The notes below the pieces were generated by a model, which worked only from the letters and a program-made list of their open reading frames with translations, was not told the DNA's origin and did not search any database. DNA of 64,000 nucleotides from a virus (lineage: Duplodnaviria > Caudoviricetes). Positions 56,361-64,000 of this stretch are shown piece after piece. Position numbers and translations under genes: made by a program. The stretch lies in the IMG/VR virus record IMGVR_UViG_3300032247_002042, positions 1 to 64,000 of that record, one strand, 5' to 3'. Position 1 is the first letter of the stretch, and every line of letters starts with the position of its first letter.

Positions 56361-58535
56361 TTATGCGCCCATCAATAAAAACGAGCGAGCATAGTTTGCA
56401 GCAAGACTCGCTGTTGAAATTGTGGCCCACGTTAAATTGCCGCTTGCATCAGACTGCAAGTATTGTCCTGCGGTTGGCGCAGTTCCGGGAAATATGTACG
56501 TTATGCCTCCTACAGTAAGAGAACTGGCTAAAACTGTTGGAGCGTTAATAAAAACCTGTTTGGTGTATGCAAAAGAAATAACCGTTCCAGTGGTTCCTGC
56601 AGGTCCGTTTGCAACGGCATTAAACCAATCATTGACTGCATACGTATTTCCGCTTGTGCCAGCCATTGCATTCCATTGAATCTGCGAAGTATTACCCAAA
56701 GAGGTAATGACGTATCGAGTGCCAGAAACAACCGAGGAAACATTCAGTGCTGTTTCCGTATACGTTGGAATGGAAAATGCCATGACAGAATCAAAAATAG
56801 CAAGTGAACCTGATTGATTGGAATACGGATATACCCACAATTGATACTGTCTGGTTCCAACAATTGCGCCGTCTGCGTCGTTGTACCATGTCCAACGAAT
56901 TTTTTGATTTGGCACGGTTGCAGTAGAAGAACTTTTTGCTGTCGATTCATGAACAGTATATCGTGTGCCACCAGTTTGACCAGTGGATGATCCAATACCA
57001 AGATAGGAACCCAGAGTAGTTGAGCCAGCCACACTTAAATTACCGCTATTAAGGGAAATAGTTCCTGCATTGGAAAAAAGATATTCTCTTGCGGTATCGA
57101 CGCCTCCCGATCCATTTCCATATCCAATGGTCCAATTCGGATTTGGCGTATTGGTTTTTGTCCGCAAAACAAAATTATCACTAACACCAGAACTGACAGA
57201 CACTTCTCCCACATCAACAGATAAAGGACCAGATGTATACATTCTGGAATCAGATTTGACAAGCAAATGATAATATTGTGAAGTTCCTGTATTATTGACA
57301 AATTGCAGATAATTTATGTCATTGCTTCCCGCGCTGGCGCGAATGATCAACCCTCCAGTAGAGCCATAATTTGTTGCTCCAATTGTTCCCGGAGTGACAA
57401 ATCGTCCCCATCCCTCTACGTCAAGAGGCACACTGGGAGTTCGTCCAATTCCAGTTTGTCCTGATGTATTAATAAACAATCGTATTGCATTTGCGGTAGA
57501 ATCATAAATACTAAAGGATCCCGGAACAGTGTCATTTGCTGAACCTCTTGCAGCAAGTTGCCACGTTGTGTAATCACTTTTCAGAAGTACCGCTGCGCCG
57601 CCTGTGGTAAGCGTAGATTCAAATATGGGTTGCGTCCACGCGGTGGTTGATCTAACATGAAATAATTGATTTGGACTGGTTGTCCCGATACCGACATTTC
57701 CAGATGAATCAATCATCATCCGATACGAGGTATTTGTCAGATCATAGATATAAAACGCATTATTTGGCGCAAGACTGGATCCTCTTGCTCCTATTTCCCA
57801 ATCATTTCCATTGGTTAGCAACTTCAATGTTGACCGTGACGCGGCAACGGTTGATTCAATCGTAATTTCGGTTTGCGTGTTTCCGGAAGATACGTGCAAT
57901 AAGGTAGACGGATTGGCGGTGCCAATTCCAACTGAGTTGCCAAAATATGCAGAATAATTGTTTGTGGCGGTAGACATCGGCGCAATGTACAAACCATACA
58001 AATTTGTTATCGATCCGCCGTCTGACAAATCAGCGCGTAAATCTGCATAATATCCTATTGCGTTAGTAATAACTCGTGTATATGCAGGAGTAAAATAATT
58101 AGTTGCACTAATTGATGCAACATTGGTCACATTTGTTGTAGGCATAAACCATGTGTTTGAAGTTACTCCACAAAGACTGGAAGTTCCGTATATTGAAACG
58201 GTATTTTTTTGTGTTCCGGAAATATTAAACCCAGTACCAGTTGTATTATTGTAATTTGCAGTATAATTAAACAGTCCTCCATATACATTTACATATCCGT
58301 TAAAATTAACGATAGAAGTATTAGTAAAAGTATTTGTACCGCTCCAATTAAATGAGTCTGCGGTATTGACCGAAAGGGTTGTTTCTGATCCATTGGGACC
58401 GGCGCGAAAATATAGTTTATTATCTGATTTTGCATAAATCTTTATTTGACCCTCAAATGGAGGATCAAGTGTCACGCCTTGATTTTGAAATATAATGTCG
58501 GAGGTTATGCTCAGACTATTTATGTTAGTTGGCAT
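56361..58535 (-). CDS. Second tail fibre-like protein, 724 aa
   Basis: VGIGT..P...LHV repeats; GQYLQSDASGNLTW. Confidence 0.8.
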   Translation of the reverse strand: MPTNINSLSITSDIIFQNQGVTLDPPFEGQIKIYAKSDNKLYFRAGPNGSETTLSVNTADSFNWSGTNTFTNTSIVNFNGYVNVYGGLFNYTANYNNTTGTGFNISGTQKNTVSIYGTSSLCGVTSNTWFMPTTNVTNVASISATNYFTPAYTRVITNAIGYYADLRADLSDGGSITNLYGLYIAPMSTATNNYSAYFGNSVGIGTANPSTLLHVSSGNTQTEITIESTVAASRSTLKLLTNGNDWEIGARGSSLAPNNAFYIYDLTNTSYRMMIDSSGNVGIGTTSPNQLFHVRSTTAWTQPIFESTLTTGGAAVLLKSDYTTWQLAARGSANDTVPGSFSIYDSTANAIRLFINTSGQTGIGRTPSVPLDVEGWGRFVTPGTIGATNYGSTGGLIIRASAGSNDINYLQFVNNTGTSQYYHLLVKSDSRMYTSGPLSVDVGEVSVSSGVSDNFVLRTKTNTPNPNWTIGYGNGSGGVDTAREYLFSNAGTISLNSGNLSVAGSTTLGSYLGIGSSTGQTGGTRYTVHESTAKSSSTATVPNQKIRWTWYNDADGAIVGTRQYQLWVYPYSNQSGSLAIFDSVMAFSIPTYTETALNVSSVVSGTRYVITSLGNTSQIQWNAMAGTSGNTYAVNDWFNAVANGPAGTTGTVISFAYTKQVFINAPTVLASSLTVGGITYIFPGTAPTAGQYLQSDASGNLTWATISTASLAANYARSFLLMGA

Positions 58536-58552
58536 TGTATACCTCCAGTCAA

Positions 58553-59305
58553 TTAATCAACAGAAAATGAATTTCTTGGGGTGTTGAAAGAAATAGATCC
58601 ATTGGAAGTGGAGAAATTGATGGATTGAGCAGAGTGAATGGAAACATTACCATTTTTATCAATGGTAATACTGGTGCCTGAAGGATGAGACACAATGACG
58701 ATGCGAGGTTCGTCATTGCTGATGTTCCATTGACGTTTCCCTGCGTCTTTTGCGGGCATAGCGCTGAGGTCTTTCAGTCCGTATCCTTCCGACTCGGGCG
58801 CAATCTTGATGTAAGTGCCGTCAGGAAAGGCAAATTCATATGTTCCGTTGGAAGTCAAACGGCTATAGACATCGCTATTGTGACGCTCGATCTTGACGCC
58901 CTCCTCGGCAAATGAGAACTCATGCGCTCCCGGCGTGATGAAACCCAAGCACACAGGTTTCTTGATATCACCGGAAACAAAATCCACAATGGCCAAGGCA
59001 TCATCTTCGCCCTCAAGGTATGCATTGGCCTGATTGTCTCCTTTTGAGGGAGGAGCAATCTTGGGCATCCAGTGAACTCCTTCGGTCTGCGTAAAAACGG
59101 ATTTCAGGACTGGTACGTTGAACCATGGGCCGGAACCCTTGTAATTGTGCAATCCAATGCAATCTATGGTGTGAGACGCCCAATTGACTCGCAACACACG
59201 GGCATAGATGGCTCCGCGCATGTTGGAATAATCATTGACTTTTCCCCGGCGCATGTCCGAAAAACTCGCTTGTCCATATACAGTGTGTGGTACATCAGGC
59301 ATCAT
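58553..59305 (-). CDS. Baseplate spike (gpV/gp45-like)
   Basis: N-terminal OB-like ARV..V....IDC; C-terminal HPSGTSITIDKNGNVSI beta repeats. Confidence 0.72.
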   Translation of the reverse strand: MMPDVPHTVYGQASFSDMRRGKVNDYSNMRGAIYARVLRVNWASHTIDCIGLHNYKGSGPWFNVPVLKSVFTQTEGVHWMPKIAPPSKGDNQANAYLEGEDDALAIVDFVSGDIKKPVCLGFITPGAHEFSFAEEGVKIERHNSDVYSRLTSNGTYEFAFPDGTYIKIAPESEGYGLKDLSAMPAKDAGKRQWNISNDEPRIVIVSHPSGTSITIDKNGNVSIHSAQSINFSTSNGSISFNTPRNSFSVD

Positions 59306-59313
59306 GAAATTCC

Positions 59314-60975
59314 TTAGATTTGTCCGGTAGATTGCAAATACCATGTTGATTGCGAAGGATCATCAACAACCTTTGTTGTTTCCTCATCGCCGCTTGCTTC
59401 CGCAAGGATTCCCAAGGTCGCCCGCACTCCGGTCGCGCCAATGCGTACGAACCTGTTTTTCTCGCTTGCAGTGAATGGCTTCAGGATGGTTCCTCTGGTC
59501 ACTCCCAAACGAGTGATGAATTGTGGAGAAGGAAACACTTGCCATGCATGCTCAACACTTTCCACATAATATTGCTCTTGACTATCTTCAACAAATATTT
59601 CGCATCCGACAGTAACATTGCTATTTCCAACAATTACCAATACTCCAGTATACAACTGATCAACATACGTCATTGTTGTAACAAGCCAAGCGTTCAGATC
59701 ATTAAGGATGTTTTTGATGTCAAGGGTATATCCTTCTGGATGAATGTCCTTGGTTGCGGCGGCTTCAGCTGCTGCCCGGTTTCCTGCGCCACTGTCAGGG
59801 TCATATGAAGCCGCGTAGGATGCGTTTTGCCAGACGGTGTTCATCCACGGTATTTCAATGACCATTGGACGAATGCCAAATTGATCTATTCCGCTTCGAT
59901 CCCAATACGGATTGTCACCCACTGAATTTCCGCCATCGCCTTCGTCAAATTGAATGTTTTGACTTGATCCGTCTCCAAACGCATTCAAACTTACGAAGAA
60001 ATATGTGCACCGGTCGGTGTCTTGCCTGCGGATTTGTTTTTCCAAAATATCTAATGTTCTTAATGTCACCTTCTTGATCGATTGCCTTCTCCATGGCTGA
60101 TTATTGCTTCGTTGCGATGGAAAAAAATAATTGTATCCTTGTCCGCTTGCTTCCCGCATGCGCAACGGCGTCCATCGCACATTGAACACGGTTGAATTGT
60201 TATTGTCTTCAAAAAATGTTTCAATAAAAGGTTGAATGCAATAATATTTTATAAATTGCCAATAAGAACCAGTAAGATTATTTACAGTAAATGTCGAAAC
60301 ATTAAACCGTTCAACGCCATCGGCAATTTGTGGCAGATCATCATTGATGGAAAAAGAAAAGTTGGCAAATTTTGATCCGCGAGATTGCGTGAATTTTTGC
60401 GCCAATTCTGTTGAATACACCACGCTGACAAAATATTTGACCCATGAACTCAGCGGAATGACGATATCCCCTTGCTGCTGTCCGGCCTGTGTGCCTCCGG
60501 GCAATGTATCGGCATATCTGATAATGTCATTTTTCAGAAGAAAAAGCGCATTTGTCTGTTCTTCTCTTGACCGGTCGCTACTATCGGGAGGATAAAATAT
60601 TTGTCTACGCTCAAGCACCTTGCCCAAATCACTTCCGGAAAGCATGTACGACCTGTTGGGACTTCCGTCCATGCCGCCGCTGGGTTTTTCGCTCATGTCT
60701 TCCGCATCAAGCAGACCTCGCATCACGACTTTTACTTCACCCTCATTTGCGCGGTCAATACGGATTTCAACCAGATCATTCAAGTCAACAGGCAGACGCA
60801 ACATCAAATTGTCATCACCTATGATTGGACGAAGATTCAACGTCCATTTGCCTGTGGGCTGTTCAATGCTGCGATTGACATTTACCGAAATGACCCATTC
60901 GGTAATGTCCAATCCGCCGACAATGATTTGTTGCCTGAATGAACCAATAATCTTTGAAATATCTTCATTAGCCAT
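59314..60975 (-). CDS. Baseplate hub protein (gp27/gpD-like)
   Basis: Lies between tape measure and spike; YYVESVEH.W.....TRLGVTRG. Confidence 0.75.
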   Translation of the reverse strand: MANEDISKIIGSFRQQIIVGGLDITEWVISVNVNRSIEQPTGKWTLNLRPIIGDDNLMLRLPVDLNDLVEIRIDRANEGEVKVVMRGLLDAEDMSEKPSGGMDGSPNRSYMLSGSDLGKVLERRQIFYPPDSSDRSREEQTNALFLLKNDIIRYADTLPGGTQAGQQQGDIVIPLSSWVKYFVSVVYSTELAQKFTQSRGSKFANFSFSINDDLPQIADGVERFNVSTFTVNNLTGSYWQFIKYYCIQPFIETFFEDNNNSTVFNVRWTPLRMREASGQGYNYFFPSQRSNNQPWRRQSIKKVTLRTLDILEKQIRRQDTDRCTYFFVSLNAFGDGSSQNIQFDEGDGGNSVGDNPYWDRSGIDQFGIRPMVIEIPWMNTVWQNASYAASYDPDSGAGNRAAAEAAATKDIHPEGYTLDIKNILNDLNAWLVTTMTYVDQLYTGVLVIVGNSNVTVGCEIFVEDSQEQYYVESVEHAWQVFPSPQFITRLGVTRGTILKPFTASEKNRFVRIGATGVRATLGILAEASGDEETTKVVDDPSQSTWYLQSTGQI

Positions 60976-60986
60976 TGTGTGTCATC

Positions 60987-63900
60987 TTATCTTTCAATAG
61001 GTGCCGCCCACGTTTGACGATAGGGATCCTTGTTGTCAAAATTGATGACCAATTTTTCAGGATTTTGAATTTTTCCTGTAATGTTTCCATTTTTATCTTG
61101 AGAAAGCTTGATGGAAATCTCCACTTTTCGGGAATCCCCGCCGGATGCAGCGCCGTCCGGATTGCCTCCGCCCACACCGCTGACCAGCTGTCCGGCCTTG
61201 TTGCGCCCACCCGACAATTGTCCGGTTTTCATCCATGCGTTGGCGTCGAACAGAATTCCGTTCTTTTCAATTTCCCAATCAAGGTGCCGACCGGTTGTAT
61301 TGCCAGTTGCGCCCATTGTCCCCAATCGCGTACCGGCAGCAATATCCTGTCCCACTTTCAATCCAGCAACATTTGCCAAATGACTCAGACGATGCTTGGT
61401 GCCATCCGAAGCTTGAATGACGACCGAATTCCCCCATCCGCTGTTTATCTTTTGCTGTCCTGCCTGTTGGCCGGAAAGATCTCCAGTGTCTGCGGCCTTG
61501 TCAAATACTTCCATGATTTTGCCCGCAATGGGAGCAAAAATATCCACAGGCGCCTTGCCAACGGCAGCAAAATCCGCACCTCGATTCCACGGATTGTTGG
61601 TAAGGTTGGTGTATCCTTCTGTCTGTCCAAACACGGAAGTCGTCTGAATGTTTGCTCCCTGACCGAATGGATTTCCTCCGCCTACAGGCGTCTGTCCGGT
61701 ACCCACCATGTTGAAGATATCCCTTGCGTACGCTTCTGCAGCCGGTCCTGATCCGTTATATCCCCGGATCTGATCGTAGAGGGTTCCCTTTCCGTTTGGA
61801 CCTCCTTTCTTGTTCAACAGCACCTTGCCCATCATCAGAATGTTTTTCCGCGGATCAAGCAAATCCTCGGCCGTGACATTCTTGTCAATGCCACGAGCGG
61901 TAGCCAACTGAACTTGTCCCAAGCCAAAGGATTTGCCGTTGTCTCCAACCGCATTTGCCTGTCCGCCGCTTTCCTTGTTGATAATGGCGCGAATGTATGC
62001 GGGATCAACTCCGGCAATTTTTGCCGCTTCCTGAATTTCCGCTTCGTATTGCGAAAGATCTGCGCCTCCGGCCGGTCCTCCTGAAGAACGACCGGCTCCT
62101 GTGGGCGCAGGAACTGATCCGGTTCCGGGAATTGGCTTCCCTGTAGTGGCGTCAAATAATTGCTTGCGCGTGACGGTGGGGGTACTTGCTCCGGGGTTTC
62201 CTCCGCCAACTGTCGTGAGGTCCACTCCGTTTTGCTGTATTTGCTGATTTTCAACAATCATGCGAGCAACGCGAATTTCCTGAATTGTTGTCGAATCAAT
62301 GATGTCTTTATTGATTGCATCGGGATTGCCGCCGCCCACTATTGGCTTTCCGGTGACGGGATCGGTTTTCGATCCTCCGAAAAACGTATCGTAAAGCATC
62401 GTGCCGGTTCCATATCCCGCAGCACCGGCCATTCCGGCACCAAGGAAGCCAACCCCTCCAGTGGCAAGCCCCAATCCGAGAATGCCTGCGCCTGCCCCCA
62501 ATCCGCCAGCAATCATGCGTCCCCAATTTGTCTTTTCATTGTGCCCTTCGTAAGCGTTTGTTCCTGCTGAAACAATATCGCTGCCGATTTCGTACGCGCC
62601 CATTGCCGCTGCAATTGGAAGTGCAATTTTCCCCAATCCTTTTGCTCCGGCGCCAAGCATCCTTACGGTTGCGTTTTGTCCAAACCGGCTTCCTGCAATC
62701 TTGCCTCCGACACTTGCAAGACCGCGCCCAATTCGGCTATTTCCTATGACATTACGCGCTTTTCCGAAAATGCCACTTCCGCCTTTTCCGTCAAGTGCAT
62801 GATCTACTACAGCCTCAATGGCATCACTCATCATTCCGCTAGATGCGTCGTCATCTTTTTTCCCGGTAACGCTTTCTACTGCACCGCCTAGTAAAGTTTT
62901 TCCAAGTTGTCCTGCGATCCATCCTCTGCCCTTGAGGGCGCCCCCTATCGCAAGAGCGCCTGCCATGGGCAGCAACGACATTCCCTGCGCGGCCAGCCCG
63001 GTCAATCCTTGACGGAAACCGGGAGCATTCTGCTCCGTAACGTCAGTCCCGCTAAGAGTTTTAACCACGTTTGCTTTTGCGCGATCCGTGCCCAATGCAG
63101 CATTGATCTGATTGACGTTACTGGCCAAATCATGAAATGCCGCACTCAATTCTTGTGTCTGGACTTTTTGCGCTTCCAGCGGATTCTCCGCACCAAATAA
63201 CGAGGAAGTCTTGCTTGATTCAATGGTTTTCAGCACATTGGCGCGGACGGTGTCCGTATCCATGCCATTTTTTAAGCTGTTTCTTTGTTCCTCTAATTTT
63301 CTTAACAAGTCCTGAGCGGCTTTATCAGTAGGCTTTTTGGACAGCGATTCAATTTGCTGTCCAAGTGCCTGATCAATATCGCCCTTTTCCCCTGTGGCAA
63401 TTCTGGTGTAAAGTCCGACTGCCCCTGCGCTTGCTCCTTGCTGGAATGCCTGATATTGACTGCTGGCCTTTAATCCACGTAGCCGTTCCTGACCTTGCTG
63501 ACTGCTTACTCCTGCGGCAAGCCTCAGGCTATCTGCTGCCTGTTCTGCGGTCATGCCGGTTTTTTGCGAAAACCGCAACAGCGCTCCGGCCGATCTTGCC
63601 GACAAATCGTCTGTTGATTTTCCTCCGGCCAATTCCTTGATGTCGCCGCCAAACATCTTGAACTCTTCAGCAAACACTGAAGATTGTCTTTCCAAATCTG
63701 AACCTTGCATGATTTTTTGCAAGCTGATGATGTCTTTTGCCCCAAATCCGGGTGTGGATTTTGGGTTGACGCGCGTATATGCGGCCATTAGCATGGGATC
63801 AAGTGACTGAGCTTGTCCCGCGGTAATGCGACTTATGCCAGCCAGAAGCTCCGGAGCTCGTTCCTGCAGCTTGGCGCTACCGCTATCTTTTGCGGTTTGA

Positions 63901-64000
63901 TTTGCCGAAGCAAGAGCGCGGGCAATGTTTTCCGCATTTACCTCTCCACCGCGGGAGGCCATTTCCGTGGCCAATCCGCCTACTGATTGCAACACTTCGT
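60987..64000 (-). CDS. Tape measure protein (5' end outside window) with C-terminal SLT and M23-like domains
   Basis: Ala/Gly-rich helical body; INKESGG...GLGQV...YNG; APIAG, GWGNSVVI, TGNTTGRHLDWE. Confidence 0.85.
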   Translation of the reverse strand, partial: EVLQSVGGLATEMASRGGEVNAENIARALASANQTAKDSGSAKLQERAPELLAGISRITAGQAQSLDPMLMAAYTRVNPKSTPGFGAKDIISLQKIMQGSDLERQSSVFAEEFKMFGGDIKELAGGKSTDDLSARSAGALLRFSQKTGMTAEQAADSLRLAAGVSSQQGQERLRGLKASSQYQAFQQGASAGAVGLYTRIATGEKGDIDQALGQQIESLSKKPTDKAAQDLLRKLEEQRNSLKNGMDTDTVRANVLKTIESSKTSSLFGAENPLEAQKVQTQELSAAFHDLASNVNQINAALGTDRAKANVVKTLSGTDVTEQNAPGFRQGLTGLAAQGMSLLPMAGALAIGGALKGRGWIAGQLGKTLLGGAVESVTGKKDDDASSGMMSDAIEAVVDHALDGKGGSGIFGKARNVIGNSRIGRGLASVGGKIAGSRFGQNATVRMLGAGAKGLGKIALPIAAAMGAYEIGSDIVSAGTNAYEGHNEKTNWGRMIAGGLGAGAGILGLGLATGGVGFLGAGMAGAAGYGTGTMLYDTFFGGSKTDPVTGKPIVGGGNPDAINKDIIDSTTIQEIRVARMIVENQQIQQNGVDLTTVGGGNPGASTPTVTRKQLFDATTGKPIPGTGSVPAPTGAGRSSGGPAGGADLSQYEAEIQEAAKIAGVDPAYIRAIINKESGGQANAVGDNGKSFGLGQVQLATARGIDKNVTAEDLLDPRKNILMMGKVLLNKKGGPNGKGTLYDQIRGYNGSGPAAEAYARDIFNMVGTGQTPVGGGNPFGQGANIQTTSVFGQTEGYTNLTNNPWNRGADFAAVGKAPVDIFAPIAGKIMEVFDKAADTGDLSGQQAGQQKINSGWGNSVVIQASDGTKHRLSHLANVAGLKVGQDIAAGTRLGTMGATGNTTGRHLDWEIEKNGILFDANAWMKTGQLSGGRNKAGQLVSGVGGGNPDGAASGGDSRKVEISIKLSQDKNGNITGKIQNPEKLVINFDNKDPYRQTWAAPIER

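Noticed and set aside
40671-58535. Diversity-generating retroelement acting on tail fibres
   Set aside because: No reverse transcriptase and no TR/VR pair differing at adenines were seen
1-64000. Stop-codon reassignment, tRNA/rRNA genes, introns or inteins
   Set aside because: Genes are full length and densely packed under the standard code with all three stops used; no cloverleaf or splicing element recognised by eye (tRNAscan/Infernal not run)
1-64000. Bacterial chromosome with prophage or an extracellular contractile injection system
   Set aside because: Terminase, portal, tape measure, lysis and replication genes are interspersed throughout, with no host housekeeping block, integrase or att site seen

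Overview
This 64 kb window is part of a large tailed dsDNA phage genome with a contractile tail (myovirus-type). The host is probably a monoderm bacterium, with weak hints of Chloroflexota. From left to right it contains: (1) 1-1790, an array of five ~130-bp repeats, each carrying an extended -10 promoter, hairpins and (in the four complete copies) an RBS; four drive a single small unknown ORF with its own terminator, and the array runs off the left edge; (2) a strand and skew switch at ~1.9 kb with a perfect 22-bp palindrome; (3) a + strand block with a PD-(D/E)xK-like gene, thyA, three large low-complexity putative internal head/ejection proteins, SNase, metallophosphoesterase, DHFR, a second PD-(D/E)xK-like gene and DnaE; (4) a long, mostly - strand block with portal, terminase, RuvC-like resolvase, primase-polymerase/helicase, an AAA ATPase module, MT-A70 methyltransferase, lysis genes, tail fibres, baseplate genes and the 3' part of a tape measure gene. 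The strongest candidate for an undescribed system is the promoter-gene-terminator cassette array. It shows mosaic repeats, a flipped hairpin loop, and an invariant box whose spacing varies by whole helical turns. Other notable items are a stand-alone duplicate of the endolysin C-terminal domain, shared motifs and a six-copy repeat domain in the putative head proteins, and one beta-module inserted into several baseplate/fibre genes. All family assignments come from motifs recognised by eye; no searches were run.
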